This document shows, piece after piece, positions 25,991-41,107 of a DNA stretch of 64,000 bases. A program made the translations under genes and the position numbers. The notes beneath the pieces are model-generated. The model saw only the letters and a program-made list of their open reading frames with translations, was not told the origin of the DNA and did no database searches. The stretch is from Octopus vulgaris (Eukaryota), in contig OX597816.1 of assembly GCA_951406725.2 (NCBI GenBank), positions 152,334,001-152,398,000 of the forward strand, read 5' to 3'. Position 1 is the first letter of the stretch, and every line of letters starts with the position of its first letter.

Positions 25991-28900
25991 ACACATCAAG
26001 CCAAGTGAGGTTGTAGTTGTGGCCAATGCCAGTGTTTTGTAACTGGCACCTGTGCTGGTGGCACATAAAAAGCACCCACTACACTCTTTGAGTGGTTGGT
26101 GTTAGGAAGGGCATCAAGCTGTAGAAATCATACCAAATCAGATAGAAACCTGGTGCATCACCCTAGCTTACCAGTTTTTAGTCAAACTGTCCAACCCATG
26201 CCAGCATGGAAAAAGGACTTAAAATGATGTATATAGTACATAGTTTTACATTTGTTATACTAAATGTATGTATATTTGCAGTATTCCCAACACCTGCACC
26301 CACCTGTGTACTCCCCTCTATCTCCCTCTCTTTTGCAAACCTACCTGCACACAATATGTTCCTGTTGAATCTCTTCACAACATATCTTCTTCCTCTTACC
26401 TATACATTTCTCCCTCTACTTGTGCCTACTTACTATATTCCCCTCCCTTCCATCTTCCACTCTCCTTTCTCAGTCTTATGCATGTACCTACCCGTTCACC
26501 TAATATCGTCTGTGGTCCATTTCACTATATACACCTCTTTGTAACTTGGGTGTATTCCCTGCCACATTGTTATCTTCTTTCTCCAACTTAGGTAGCCATG
26601 TATCTCCTCTACTGCAGTACACCTATTTCTGTCCTTTTCATACTCTAACTTCTCATCACATAACACAAAGCTACTTCTCTCACTACTACTCAATCTCTGT
26701 TGAGGGGCTTTGTCTTGGATGTTATTTAGTGACCTTACTGTTGTTGGTGTCACATATAAAGCACCCAGTAGTCTGTGAAGTGGTTGGCATTGAGGGCATC
26801 CAACCATACAAATCATGCCAAAGCAAACAGTAGAGCTTGGTATAGTCTTCTGACTTGCCAGCTTCTGTGAAACTGTTGAACCCATTCCATCATGGAAGGA
26901 GGATGTTAGATGATGTAAAGTGCAACAGTTCTTTTATTATGCAAAACATGTTGTCCTTTACAAAACTTTTTAATGTTTTACAGTTCTGTGATGAGTATCT
27001 CTGATGTTGATGTCCATTGATATAAAAAACAAACAAACAAATTGCTCCATCCTACAGTGATGACATTTAAGATGCTTAAAACATATTTAGATGTCAAATT
27101 TAAACTTTACTATTCTTTTCTAATGCAGGTTTTTTGAAACTCATTTACAATTTGTCTAAAACTCAGTTGCTTGTTTCTAGTTATCTATAACTACTTAGCC
27201 TTTCTTTCAATATCCTTTTTTCCATTACCTCTTCATCTCTATTGCTATTTATGAACATTGTCTTATAAATCGTCTGGTTAGGCCATGATTTAAATGATAT
27301 TAAATATGAAATTTAGTCTTTGCCAAATCTTGAACTTTGTAAAATATGTCATTTTGCTGGTATTGTACTTTACTCACAAACAGTGTAATATAGCTTAACT
27401 TTGTTCTTGTATATTTTCCTTTTTTTTCTTGTCCTATATATTCTTATTTTTTTTCTTTTATAAATTATTTTCACAATCTCTATGACCTTCATTTTTTTTT
27501 GTTTTTGCTGATCTTTCTGATAGCTTGCACACTTGTAATTTACTCTTCCTGTTATGTAGAGAACCAACTCTGAAAAAATGAGGCTTCTCCAGCAATAATA
27601 GCCCCATCTTGGAGTTGGATAAGTGTAACACTTTGTTCAGTAGCACTACATATTTGGAAGAGTAGACGATGCCCTGTGTCTTTTGTCTGCCTGTCTAGAT
27701 TAGTGTGATTACTGTTTAGCTTTAACTTTTTGCTTATAGGAATTTCTAAGAAGGGTTTTCCAGAAGGCAGCAGTTCTGAGATGGAGGGATTGAGTAGTGT
27801 TAAGAGTGAATGTTAGATGATGAAATGCAGTAGGGATGATAGGGAAGGGAGCAGTATGTAAATTAGGTATTTTTCGGAAATGAGAATAGTGGAAGCTGCT
27901 GTAGTAGTAGTAGTACTCCTCTGGACCAGGTGTATTTGAGATTCACTGAGAATCTTCTATAATCATCCAGAGACTTTTTTTTTTGTGTTAGGATGTGGTT
28001 GTGCCTGGTAAGAGGTCAGCAACTGGCCAAGGAATCTTAATCATTAAGTGATATGATTTTATATGATTGTAACCCTATAGTGAGACCTAGTGTTTATAGC
28101 AATTTTGAGAAGTTGTGTGATATGTGAGAAAGTGTAGTACTTTCCTTGGTATGTTTAGTAATTGTCTTGGTATTGTAAGTGGTCACACCTCAGAAAAATT
28201 TGAGGTGCATCATAGAAGCCATAGAAGCTTTGTCATGAATTATCTATATTAAGTGTTAAGCACTGAATGTGATAGTTTGAGTGAGAGGTTAAAACATGAA
28301 GTCATTTTGCTAATGTGTGTGATGTGAGTTAGGTGTAACCTCATACTTTATGGATATTTGAAGTAAAAGGATATGTGTAGAGAGGGTGAATAACAGGTTG
28401 TTTATTCAGTGGTGACTTAATTTGTAGAAGCAGGATATACATCTGTGAACTTACTCAGGTGTTTATATTTAGATCAGAAAACACTTTTATGTTGTTCAGT
28501 ATTCTGTTTTTATATTCTGGTGGAGGAGGACTATTACTCTTTTTGTATTAGGGTGACTGAAGATGTAAAATTGGTACTGTTAAGTTAAAAACATGGTCAA
28601 TGCAACTTAGTTTTCAAAAATACAGAAATATGCACTACAGTTTAGTGGGATTTGTTTAGCATCAGGTTATTGTTGATTGAACTGACATCAATCGTTCAAG
28701 CTGTGGCTTTCTCCTTCTTAGCGTATCTAAGACTACATTAGTCAGTGTCTCTTTTTTTTTTATTTTGAAAATAGTATGGTGTGATGTAAGATTTTACTTT
28801 CAGTAGGTTAGGTGATCATAAAGAGGCTCCTTCAGTGGGTTGGGGTATTAAAAGTTTGGGATAATGATGGATCCTTCTTTGCTGGACACTAGTGCAAGGT

Positions 28901-29198
28901 ATTAACCAGCAGATATGCTAATGCCTACTTGCTTTAGATTCAAATAGTTCTCATTGTTATCTAAGATTTTTGCCTTGATGTTTAGCATGCCAGCAGTGTC
29001 AAAGACACTGCTGATGTGTTAGGTAAGCAAAAATTTAATCAGTAGAAGACTTTTTGGAATTCTAATTAGAATTGCTTAGGCACGAGGTTTAGCTATTCTA
29101 AGATATGCTGTTACTTTAGACCTGAATGTGATGGAGTGATGGCAAATCAGAAGTCTCTAGTTTTTTTTTCTTTTTTTTTTTACCGTAATGCTACATAA

Positions 29199-29431
29199 TT
29201 AATCCTTTAGCATTCAGATTTCTTTGTCAAATGCAGTGCTTATTTATTCACACTGATATGAATTAGTCATGCATTAGCTTGTAGCTTTGAAATTTCAATG
29301 ACCTGATTGTTTATCTTTAGAATAATATTTATTGTAGGTTAAGTGTAAGAGGCTGGATCTGGCCAGTTTGGAGATAAAACAGGTAAATCATTTTGGCCAG
29401 ATGTGGCCAGTTTAAATGCTTAAGGATTTAA
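29199..29431. mobile_element. TTAA-flanked MITE, copy 2 (same orientation as copy 1)
   Basis: Colinear similarity to 12852-13077. Confidence 0.75.
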
Positions 29432-31124
29432 AACTAAAAGAGACGACTGGATGTACAGTAGTTAATCTAAAAGCTGTAGAATTGCCATTTCTGAACATTA
29501 AGCAAATTTGGCAGTTATGGGAATAAAGTAAAAGGGCTCATGTTAACCAGTAGAGTGGGCAAGGGAAGATTTGTTTGTTAGAAATTGAGTGGCGGATTTA
29601 TGGAAGTGTTTGTCTTGGCAGGAGAAGCACTGTTAATAGAACAAACCATCCAAGTTGAAGAGAGAAAGAGAGAATTGTTTATTCATTAATGTTTGGCAAG
29701 AGACCAGAATGATTGGCTATAGTTGAGAAGAATAGTATTTTGGCAGTATAGTTAAAATAAATTTTGTCTGAGAATGACCTTTATAGCAATTTGGCTAAAA
29801 TAAACAATTGATGCTAAGTGCCACTAGGAGTGGCTTTTTTTTTTTCCTCAAGTCTTTGATTACCATTTTTTGTGTGTGTCCCCACAGCAAAATAGAAGTA
29901 TTTGCATTTGTATGTAAGCTACTTTAAGATATTGGGTTCTTGGCTTTTCAAATAATTGGAAATAAATTTAGTCATTACAAGGAGAATTATACTTTCTATT
30001 GTAACACAGGTGATAGTGGGGGGTCAACTGTTGGTAAAAAGCGAATGATAATTTGTGTAAAATTAGTGGAAGTTCAACTAATTGGCAGATATAAATAGCT
30101 AGTGTTTGAAGTGGTAGTGGAAGTTCAGTATAGTTGTATTGTATGTAAATAGTGGTTATTGGAGCTTTTGAATTAAAAACTGGTTTAATTTCACATTATT
30201 GATACATGTTGATTAATGATAAAAGATGCTTCAGTTTTCATTCCAATTACAAACTCAGATTCTGGCTCAGGAGAAGAAATGGAGTGATATGAGTGGTGTA
30301 AATAAGTAGACAATGATTTGGATCTGGTGGATTGGAATTAGGGACATAGTCAAATGTGGATAAGCATAATTCTCAAACTACATACCATATATTTGATAGC
30401 ATCTGGTTTGTTACCTCATGTTTTATTACAACAGTTCTATTGTTCATCCATGCAAAGTTATGTAGCAGTTACATGCTAAATTTGATTGACTGTACTCTTT
30501 CCCTAGAAATGTTCTTAATAATTAAAAAACAAATTACATACTGAGTTGCAACTGTAAAAACTTGTTCCAATCCTCAGTTAAATGCTTCATTTAATTCACT
30601 TAATGGTTTTTGTCATGAAAGTTAAACTTTACATTTCTTTTATGTATAAGATCATAAACAGTAATCAAGTATATATTAATTTCACATTAAGCTAATTGAC
30701 ACTAAGATTTCACTGAAGATTTGCATTTTAAGATTAAAGAGAAATCCTTGTTTGTAATCACCTGATTTTATAGTTATATATATGTAGTATGCTTTTAAAA
30801 TAACATTTCTTGATATTACTCTTTATCTGATACTTTATGATCCCTGACTAAGCATATGTACTTCTAGTGGTTAATTTTTTTTTATCTTGTAGATATTAAA
30901 AATATAAGCTAAGTGTTTTGTAAATTCAGATATTGGCATGAATTACTGAAATATATTTTATAGATAGATTTTATTGTCTTTTAGCTGCAACTCAACATTG
31001 TGTTGCTCTATGATTAAAGGCTTTCTAGTTGTGACCATCTCATTTGAAGGACTATCTAGGACTACATTATCTTATGTCTGTTTTTTGTTTTTAGACAAAT
31101 ATTATTTAGGAGTCCTTTTGAGTG

Positions 31125-31415
31125 TTGGGCCTTATGGAGGCAGTGACCAAGACCTTTGGCATTATGTTGTGCTTGAGAAGACCCATGAAACTGAGTAAAA
31201 TTGTTGTGGCAGATACCGGTGTCACGCAAATGGAACCCATGCTGGTGGCATGTAAAAGCACCAATTACACTCTTGGAGTGGTTGGCTTTAGGAAGGGCAT
31301 CCAGCTGTAGAAAACCATGCCAAATCAGACTGGATCCTGGTGCAGCCTTCCAGTTTGCCAGCCCAGTCAAACCATCCAACCCATGCCAGCATGGACAATG
31401 GCTGTTAAATGATGA
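31125..31415 (+). mobile_element. (GAT)n-tailed SINE family copy
   Basis: AGGAAGGGCATCCAGCTGTAGAAA...CCATGCCAGCATGG...TTAAATGATGAT. Confidence 0.8.
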
Positions 31416-33944
31416 TATTTGTTTTCCTTAGTAGATTTTGACTGACTTGCATGTTCTTTCCTGTGGCGTCTGCCACTGTCAAAATCGAGAGATTAGGCTC
31501 TTTTGAGAAAGTAGAGTTGCATATTGTTTGGTTTGGATATTTGTGAAATTATTCTACATAATCGGTTCAGATACCTTTTTTTTTTTTTTTTTTTTTCTTT
31601 CCATTATCTGAATGAATTCCATCATGGACATAAAATGTTTAACATATTCAAACATGTTTTTATATTCCCTCCCCACTGTTCCCTGTGTGTAGGTCCCATT
31701 GTACCTCTGACAGCATATAGTTCTCTCTCTCTTTGATTGGTTCTCTTTCTCTCTAACTCTCACCTTCCTCTCCTTCATTGTCCTACAAAGGTAGCTAAAT
31801 GTCTATAGTAAAACAACTGTCTCTGCACCTCTATTATATTCTCATCTCTTCTCTGGCACACAGCCACTTCTCTCAGCTGAGAGGTCTTTGACTTGCAAGT
31901 TACTTGGCAACTCCACTGATGCTAGTGCCACGTAAAAAGCATCAGTGCTGGTGGTTTATAAAGAAAAAAAAAAAACCTCCCAATACACTCTGTGAAGTGG
32001 TTGACATTAGGAAGGGCATCCAGCTGTAGAAACTATGCCAAATCAGACAAATGGAACCTGGTACAACTCTCTGTCTTGCCAGCTCCTGTGAAACCATTCA
32101 ACCTATGCCAGCATGGATAATGAACATTAAATGGTGATATGTTTTAGTACATTAAATATGATTTAATGTTAGATTTTCCAAGCTTGCATGGATTAGATGT
32201 GTCATCTTCTACGGTGTCTCATTTATTAGTCATTTGTCATCTCATTTAGCAGTTATTTATACTTTTTGTTTTACTTCCACTTAGATTCCAACAGTTGTTA
32301 ATTGTCATATTCGTGAGAATTTTTAGTTTCATTTATTAACAAGAATTGTTTTAAGAAAATAATGAATTCAGTGTCAGTTCTGACTTGGGGAATGGCAGTG
32401 TTATTTCTTAAAATATAATAATCTTAATTATTTATATTGCCACTTGTTATCTAAAGATTGTGATATGAAAGTTTACATGTGTATTTATTACAATTTTAAT
32501 AAAATGGTATTAGTAATTTATTTTTCAGTTTTAAATAATTGCTGTTAACTTCTTTTAAATAAGTTTGATGGAGTAGTAATTAAACTGTCAATTAACAATG
32601 TGAGATGTTATGAAAATATTAAAATTGTGTTAATTTGTTTGTATTAATATGAATTTTTAATGACTAAATTTTGTTTTTACATTCAGAATATTGAATAATC
32701 TATAGCATAGTTTTTCAGCAAGTCAGAAGTTGTAAAATATTAAAAAACAGTTTTTATATTAAAAAACAGTTTTTATATTAAAAAAGTGATCTTCATTCAA
32801 TGGTTTCTAGGTGAAAAGTTGACTAGTTGCTGTATAGCCCTAGTCAAGCATATTTGTGGTACATAAACAGTTAGCCTGTTGACTAGGTGCAATCTGTATG
32901 CCATACCTCTGTGTAGCTGAGGATAATATAGCAAATTCTGGTATACAGTGGTTAATTTATGTGATAAGTGTTGTAGTCTGGGTATGTTGTAATTATCTCT
33001 ATTGTTTTTGTATGTCTAGTTTCTGATGGTCTACCCAGTTCTGATGTGACAGTTGTTGTTGCTTTTCTGTACTTATTTGTGATAAGCATCCCAGTTCAAA
33101 GTTTGATGCTATTTCTAATTGTATGGGCTGAGTAGGGAAGTTAATGTGGTTTTTGTTTGGTGATGAGTGTGCACACAGTGGCAGAGAGTATGGAAGTTGA
33201 AGTTTGATGCAATAAACTGCCTTTTAAATGTTCAGGTGATCTATGGGTGCAGTCAATATGCAGTTTGAGAATGGAGAAGTGCAATGTATTCCCAGTAATT
33301 TGATTTGGTGTGGTAAAATTAGAAAATCTCAAATGGATAGACTATTGTTTGGACACTAATTTTGTGGCTTTTTTTTGTGTGTTGGCTGAATGTGTTTATG
33401 TGATTACTTTAGGGATGTTTTACTTTCTACGCTACATGATTTGAGAATTTATAGAGGTGCTGAATGTAATAATTGCTAATATTCTTTTGGGTGTATGTCA
33501 TTTGTTTGAGTGTGGTCATTGATTATAATTGAATTTCTGATGTTGCTGGTAAGGTAGATGATGGATTTAGTAATTATTTAATGAAAGATGTGACTAGTGT
33601 CATTTGAATATGAGCCAGTGTATTTTGAAATGTTGAATTTTTAGTTTAGGTGATAAGATATTACAGATTCTAAATATTAGGTAAGTTAGCAAATTTCTTT
33701 TTAGTTTTATACCTTCATTTAAATGTTTGTGTCAGATTTATAACCTAAGTGAGTTCCTTCTATCTCTTATCATTGTAGAGGACTATAACAACATAGCGAC
33801 ATTTTCAGCTTCTTTATATTTCAAATCTGTAACTTTTCTTAAAAAGAGGTTTTTTTTTTTTTTTTTTTCCTCCCTTGTTAAATTTAAAGCTGAGTTCAAC
33901 TTATGATATCTTGATCTAATTCTATCCAATTATTTTTATTGCAG

Positions 33945-34201
33945 ATGATCCAACTCGGTCACTCAGTGGTCTCATCCTCAAAAACAATGTTCGAGCTCAC
34001 TTTGAGAAATTCCCTTCAGAAGTCACTAATTTCATCAAATCAGAATGTTTACAGAGTATTGGCGATTCTTCTCCGTTAATTCGGGCCACTATTGGCATTC
34101 TGATCACAACTATAGTGGCAAAAGGGGAGTTGAGAAACTGGCCAGAACTGTTACCCAGTCTTTGTCAATGCCTAGACTCAGAAGATTACAGTGTTTGTGA
34201 G
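33945..34201 (+). CDS. TNPO1: Transportin coding exon 3 ([19 protein letters not shown]...EDYSVCE)
   Basis: 257 nt, gcag/gtaat, phase matches exon 2 across a 17 kb intron. Confidence 0.95.
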
Positions 34202-34500
34202 GTAATACTCTCAAATTATATAACTGTTACAGGAGGTTTAACAAATTTCTTTCAATATTTTCCTTAAGATAACTTATGCTACTAATTAACCTCATGTTTT
34301 ATCTGTTACTGAGTATTTCCCATTCATAACCAGTGAATATTTCTAGTTTAACTAGTGAGAGAGATTGGCTTGCTCAGTTTCACAGACTGGGACACAAACT
34401 ACTGTTGTTTTTCTTTGCTCTCTTCTCACATAATAGTGTCATTTCTGACAAAGAAAAATCGAAATAAAATAGCAACAATCATTTCTAAAAATTATTTCAG

Positions 34501-34634
34501 GGTGCTTTTGGTGCAATGCAGAAGATCTGTGAAGATTCTACTGAGGCACTTGACAGTGATCTTGTAAATCGACCGCTTAATATACTTATACCAAAGTTTC
34601 TTCACTTTTTTAAACATAACAGTGCAAAAATTCG
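34501..34634 (+). CDS. TNPO1: Transportin coding exon 4 ([13 protein letters not shown]...HNSAKIR)
   Basis: 134 nt, tttcag/gtaagt. Confidence 0.95.
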
Positions 34635-35282
34635 GTAAGTTTTCAAAAAAATGTCTTTCCTCTTGTTTTCATGTTCTCGCATATTGAAACTATTTGTTTA
34701 CCATCTATTCTTCAAAGACAAGTTGCTTCTAGTGTAGTCTTTTACACTAAGTTTAAGTGAACAGTAATTTCTCAGAATTTTAGGTTATTTCCTTTCTTAA
34801 TAGAAGGCTGTAAACTTAAATTTGCAAAGTTTTAAAAGTTTATTACTGGCTTACTATTTCAAACATTTTCAGTAATAATTACATTAAACTAATATTTTGG
34901 ATAGTATGTCTCACACAAGAAATAATCAATTTGTATTTAGTGGGTTTTTTTTTTTGCTATCATTTCTACAGGTTTCACATTTGTTTAGTTTTAAATAATC
35001 ATCTTTGTTCTTTATAAAATTTGATGATACAAAGCCGATTGTAGAATGTGTCTTATTGAGACTTGTTTCTATGTATTTTTTTTCACTAGTTTTAAGCCAT
35101 CTGGCAGTGACCATACAGGGTCTCTGTCACCATTTTATTCTTTTTATTGCATTTTTTAAGTTTATGAACAACTAAGATGCATTTCAGTTGAAAGTTAATT
35201 TATATTTCCACTAAATGAAAAAGACAATTTAAAATTTTCTGACAATCTAAGTAATTCCTTTTTTTTCTTTTTTTTTTTCCAG

Positions 35283-35364
35283 TTCACATGCCATTGCTTG
35301 TGTCAACCAGTTCATCATAAGTCGGACTCAGGCATTGATGATGCACATTGATTCCTTTATTGAA
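35283..35364 (+). CDS. TNPO1: Transportin coding exon 5 ([27 protein letters not shown])
   Basis: 82 nt, polypyrimidine tract + cag/gtaagt. Confidence 0.95.
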
Positions 35365-36524
35365 GTAAGTTGGCCATTGAACTAATTTTGTTTACAATAA
35401 CTGCAGACATCTATTTTATTTTTAATTCTTTTGATACCAACATGCTTGAGACTATCCCTGCTTTTATGTTAAAAGCTTTAAAGAAATATATATTAAAAAC
35501 TTCCATCAAAATTTCATGTTTGTTTTAAACACCAGCTCAATAGCAACAATGTTATTTCACTAAATTTTTCATCATTTTTCGAATTGAAACACATGAGGTG
35601 TATTTCAATAGAAATTTGGTAACAAAAGTGTCAACACCTTATAAATTGCTTTTATTTATTAATAGTAAACTTGTGCTCATTATACAACCTAATGAGAGCT
35701 TTAAACTCTGAATTCTAATATTGTAAACCATTACAATGTATGTAACTGTCTAAATGTTTGGGCTTTTATCTGGCATATTTAGCAAATTTAGGGTTTCATA
35801 AGTAATTCTCTCATTTTTAAGATTTATGTGAAATTTTCAACAATCAGAATGCTGTTAACTAGCTGTAAGAATCATGATCTTTCTTGAAATTGTAAGAATT
35901 TCAAAATTGCAGAGATCATTAGTCATGTAACAGTGTTATTTTTGTGGTTTCCTTGTTCGTTTCCAATAATGCTAACATGAAGAAATATATTATTTGACAT
36001 CTGTGATAAATGTTTTCTCTTAACCATTTCATTATCATTTGATTACAATTTCAAAGTTGTTTTTGAAAGTTCTTAGTTGAATATTGATTAGTTGCTAATA
36101 AAATGGTTTAATCCATTTGTGGTTGATACTTACTCTGGTCCTATAATAAAACATTCATATTTATTGAAACCTTCCATCATAATTTCATGTCCAAGCATCA
36201 TCATAAGAGAAATATTATTTATCTAATCCCTTCAAATTATTGAAATACACAGGCAGTGCATTTCATTACAAATATTGTTGTGAAAGCATGAAAAAAATAA
36301 CTCAACAAAATAGATTTGAAAATATTTTTTTACATTGACTGATCAAGGTGTTTAGAAAAGCAAAATAACTATAATTTCATCTGATATTCATAATTTCTGT
36401 CCTTTTAACTTGATACTTGTTAGTTCTGTCATTTTTAGTTTTGATTTTGTTTTCCAATGAAAGAATTGTATCTAAATCATTACTATCAGTTCTTAGTGTA
36501 ATAAAATATTTTTATATTTTGTAG

Positions 36525-36647
36525 AATCTCTTTTACTTGGCAAGTGATGAAGATACTGAGGTCCGTAAGAATGTTTGCCGTGCTCTGGTGATGCTTGTTG
36601 AAGTGAGAATGGATCGCTTAATACCCCACATAAATGACATCATTGGA
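36525..36647 (+). CDS. TNPO1: Transportin coding exon 6 ([24 protein letters not shown]...NDIIG)
   Basis: 123 nt, tag/gtaagt. Confidence 0.95.
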
Positions 36648-36754
36648 GTAAGTATTATGATTTTGTTGCCTTACCCATGGCTGGTTTTTGAAATTTTGCC
36701 AGACAGGAAGGAAAGAGGTGCATGTAATTGTCATATCTTTGTATTTGATTGCAG

Positions 36755-36934
36755 TATATGATGTTACGCACTCAAGATGATGATGATGCAGTTTCCCTGG
36801 AAGCTTGTGAGTTTTGGCTTTCTCTAGCTGAACAACCAATTTGTAAAGATGTTTTGGCTCCTCATATTATGAGGCTGGTTCCTATTTTAGTGAAAGGAAT
36901 GAAATATTCTGAAATTGATATTATTCTTTTAAAG
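36755..36934 (+). CDS. TNPO1: Transportin coding exon 7 (YMMLRTQD...[14 protein letters not shown]...DIILLK)
   Basis: 180 nt, gcag/gttag. Confidence 0.95.
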
Positions 36935-37037
36935 GTTAGTTATTATTTACTGTTAAATGATCAAATTACTATTGAGTTTTATGTTTAATTTGTTTCAATG
37001 TAATGAATTTATCCTATGATCATTATTTTGTGTGCAG

Positions 37038-37142
37038 GGTGATGTTGAAGAAGATGCTACTGTTCCTGATAAGGAATCTGATATAAAACCTAGATTTCAC
37101 CGATCTAGGACTCACAGCCAAAAACACCAAGAAGGAGAAGAG
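37038..37142 (+). CDS. TNPO1: Transportin coding exon 8 ([26 protein letters not shown]..., H8 loop)
   Basis: 105 nt, gcag/gtttg. Confidence 0.93.
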
Positions 37143-37587
37143 GTTTGTATACTACTTTTGTGCAAATAATATTGTTTCCTTAATAGAAAAGTTTCATTGT
37201 TGTATGTAAAGAGATTCAATTCTTCGGTACGCATTACATTTTTGTTTCACTATATGAAAATGCCATTTATACCTTTATCCTTAGGGGAATTGATTCAGAA
37301 TTGGTTTAACTCTTTCAGAACTGTATTTCTTAATATTTCAATATAATCAGATTTTGGAAAAGGTTTAATAAAATATTTGTATATTAGATAGTTGACCTAC
37401 TAAAATTTCATTTTATGAAATTTTGACATTTTACTTTAAATATGAACACTTCCATATGAGTGATCTGATGTGGTTTAATATTAGGGTTAAATGTATTAAA
37501 CAGTATGACTGAAAATTAGGGATATATGGGTGATTATATGAAAGAGCATTGTTCTATTGCCTAATATTGAGTACTTTTATATTATAG

Positions 37588-37648
37588 GATGGGGAATATT
37601 CTGATGAAGGTTTTGATGACGATGACAGTCTGTCTGATTGGAACTTAC
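37588..37648 (+). CDS. TNPO1: Transportin coding exon 9 (DGEYSDEGFDDDDSLSDWNL, acidic loop)
   Basis: 61 nt, tag/gtaagt; SDWNLRKC motif completed by the next exon. Confidence 0.93.
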
Positions 37649-37789
37649 GTAAGTCTTTTATTTTGTATTTGAGAGACATTGCACTATTTTCCACTTTTAG
37701 ACTTTTTTGTTGTTGATAATGATCTTTCCGTAGCTATTTATAGAGGAAAGTTTTAACTGGCTGTTGTACTTAAGTCATATTAAAGTGAT

Positions 37790-38095
37790 GATTGTATTTA
37801 AATTATGATAAACATTTTGTGTGAGAATGGCTATGTTACATGGTTGTGAGTCATGGGCTCTGATTTTGGAGGACATACGTAGGCTGGAGAGGAATGAAGG
37901 TTGTATGCTCCATTGGATTTGCAACATCAGTATACATGACTGACAAAGCACAACTGTATTGAGAGAAAAGTTAGGCATAAGAGGGATTAAATGTGGTATG
38001 CAGGAGAGGAGACTGCATTGGTTTGAACACGTGATGTGTATGAGTGAAGACATCTGTATACAGAAGTGCCTGTTGCTGAAAGTGGATGGTACCTG
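37790..38095 (+). mobile_element. RTE-like LINE fragment
   Basis: LREKLGIRGIKCGMQERRLHWFEHV, homologous to 25620-25900. Confidence 0.65.
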
Positions 38096-38319
38096 CAGGG
38101 ATTTTACAGCTGGATGCTGTAAAATCCCTGCCAAAACAGCCTAGGGTAGTTTTTCTACCTGGCTGGCTCCTGTCCTACCCATGTATGCATGGAAGATGGA
38201 CGTTAAATGATGATGATGATATAATGCAAAAAAAAATGGTTCTAAAAGTTGGTAGAAGTATTAACCTTTAATCATTTCCAACAGCTTTAATAAATTTAAT
38301 CTGTCATTTTTGTTTATAG

Positions 38320-38645
38320 GTAAATGTTCTGCTGCCGCTTTGGATGTTCTTGCTAATGTATTCCGTGATGAACTGCTGCCAATTCTATTACCAATCCTGA
38401 AAGAAACTTTGTTTCATGAAGACTGGGACATTAAGGAATCTGGTATTTTAGTGCTTGGCGCCATTGCTGAAGGCTGCATGACAGGGATGGTTCCTCATTT
38501 ACCTGAACTTATTCCTTATTTGATCAATTGTTTAGCAGATAAGAAAGCATTAGTCAGATCCATTACCTGTTGGACACTTAGTCGATATGCCCATTGGGTT
38601 GTTGGACAACAACATGAACTTTATTTAAAACCTTTGATGACTGAA
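38320..38645 (+). CDS. TNPO1: Transportin coding exon 10 ([14 protein letters not shown]...LKPLMTE)
   Basis: 326 nt, tag/gtaagt; lies within ORF 38310..38672. Confidence 0.97.
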
Positions 38646-41107
38646 GTAAGTAGTTCTAATTTACAGCACTAATACCTTAATTTGCAACATATCTCTTGCT
38701 CTTGAAAAATTTCAAAAAATATTTTGTATTTTCCATTCATCAATTAGATTTCTTTTAAATATGCATTAATAGTAGAGTTAGAAGAAAATCAAAGATAATC
38801 AGTTCATTCAAGCATTTATTTTTATCTGGTCAAAAAATGATTTGTGACAGGAAGGGTCTCTAGCTGCAAAATGGTGTTTTAATATCTTCATCTAACCTGT
38901 GCCAGCATATACAAACAGATATAAAAGCAAATGAACAAATGTCTATATGTGTGCATCAATAACACTTGCATTAAAGAAAAAACTTTCATAAAAAAACCTA
39001 TTTCAGTAAGCTTACATTATTTACATTTGACGGATATTTGTCCTCATCTTGTTTAAAACATTTCGGATTATATACCCTCTAGCCTTCACCAGGTGTCTTG
39101 GGGAAATTTCAAACCTGGGTTCTCATTCCTAAGGTATTTTTCGATATTATTATTCAGGTCATTGCTTGGAATCGAACTCGGAATCTTGGGGTTAGTAGCT
39201 CGCACTCTTAGCCACTACATCATATTCCCGTGCGCAATTATGGGATGAATTTAGGGCTTATAAATCTAATATTTGCGTATCCGTCCTTAATACCAGTTCC
39301 CATATGCTACTCATATCTGCACTCAGTCTGCTTAGGAGGTTGTTGTGTCCTAGCATATGTGCTGCTTCTTTTAGTTTTCGTATTTTCCAGTGATATTCTC
39401 TATCTATTATTTTAACTTCATCCTACAGGGGGAGGTGGTCTCCATTTTTCCATACATGATCAGCTATAACCGATTTTTCCATGCATGATCAGCTATACCC
39501 GATTTATCAATATCTCCTCATGTTACAGCTTTGCGATGTTCGCCTACCCTTATTACACTGTATGGATGGTGGGAATTGAAGTTTAGGTATCCTCCAGTGA
39601 AGGTTGGCTTGTGGTATACAGATGTCCTGAATCCAAACATGGTGTATGTTATTAATACATCCAGGAAATACAGACAACTGACTCAACACTACAGTAAACT
39701 ACCACACATGAATGGCCTGCCTAAGATTCACAAGGATGGTATTCCATTAAGACCTATCGTGAGCTGTAGAGGTTCAGCATGTCATCCACTACTAAGTTGT
39801 TTCCTTGTGGATATAATCAGTCCATTAGTAGGAAAGTCAAAATCATATGTGAAGAATTCCACCCACTTCACAGAATTGATCAAGGATACACCCATTGAAT
39901 TCAACCAGATGGTGAGCCTAGATAAGTCTGTTCACCAAAGTCCCAACTGGTGTAGCACTATTGGTGATTCAAGAAAATCTAGTGACACACCCCAACTAAA
40001 AGAACACACTAGTATACCAATAAGAAACTCGATGGACATGTTGACCTTCTGTGTAGAAACTACCTACTTCAATATGGACACTGATATATATTGACAAGAG
40101 GAGGGTTTAGCTATGGGTTTGCCATTATCACCGATAATAGCCAATACATACATGGAATACTTGGAGAATTTGGCTTTAGGATCAACACCACTAAAACCAA
40201 CCCTGTGGCTGCGATATGTTGATGACACCTTTATACTCTGGTGCCATCAGGAAGATGTCCAAATGCTGTTGGATCATGTGAACTCAATAAAGCCATCCAT
40301 ACAGTTCACAATGGAAAAAGAAAAAGACAATCAGCTAGCATTCCTAAACGTATTAATAACACACACTAAGTATGGATTCAGGACATCCGTATACCGCAAG
40401 CTGACCTTCACTGGACGATACTTAAACTTCAATTCCCACCATCCATACAGTGTAAAGAGAGGGATTGCCCAGTGCCTTAAACATCGTGCAAAGAATATAA
40501 GTAGTGATCGTGATACTCACCACAAAGAAATGATCAAGCTCAATAACAATCTATTAAGCAACAACTACCCCAAAAACATACAATTTACTCCAATAAACTG
40601 TCCACTGTCTGTCTACCCAATGTGAAAGGCATATCCGAAAAGATACAAAAGATATGTCATGCATATAACATCAGGACAGTGTTCAAGAGTAATACAACAC
40701 TTCGCAAATATCTCCTTCCAGTAAAACCACCAATAGAAGAGAATATGACCAAAGACTGCATGTACTCCATCCCATGCAGCTGTAGTAGGTTATACAAAGG
40801 CGAAACATGCCCCCCACTCAAAATAAGGGTAGAGGAACATCGCAAAGCTGTGACACAGGGAGATATTGCTAAATCGGGTATAGTTGATCATGTAGGAAAA
40901 ATGGAGACCACCTCCCTCTGTGGGATGAAGTTAAAATAATAGACAGAGAACACTACTGGAAAATACGAAAACTAAAAGACGCAGCATATATGCTAGGACA
41001 CAACAACCTCCTAAGCAGATGTGAGTAGCATATGGGAACTGGTATTAAGGACGGATACGCAAATATTAGATTTATAAGCCCTAAAATTCACCCCATAACT
41101 GCCTACT

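Noticed and set aside
27560-28450. Possible very old PLE/LINE RT remnant on - strand (similar hints at 33000-33500)
   Set aside because: Only faint motif echoes (SLYT-like, YRKAT-like); too decayed to support without an HMM search.
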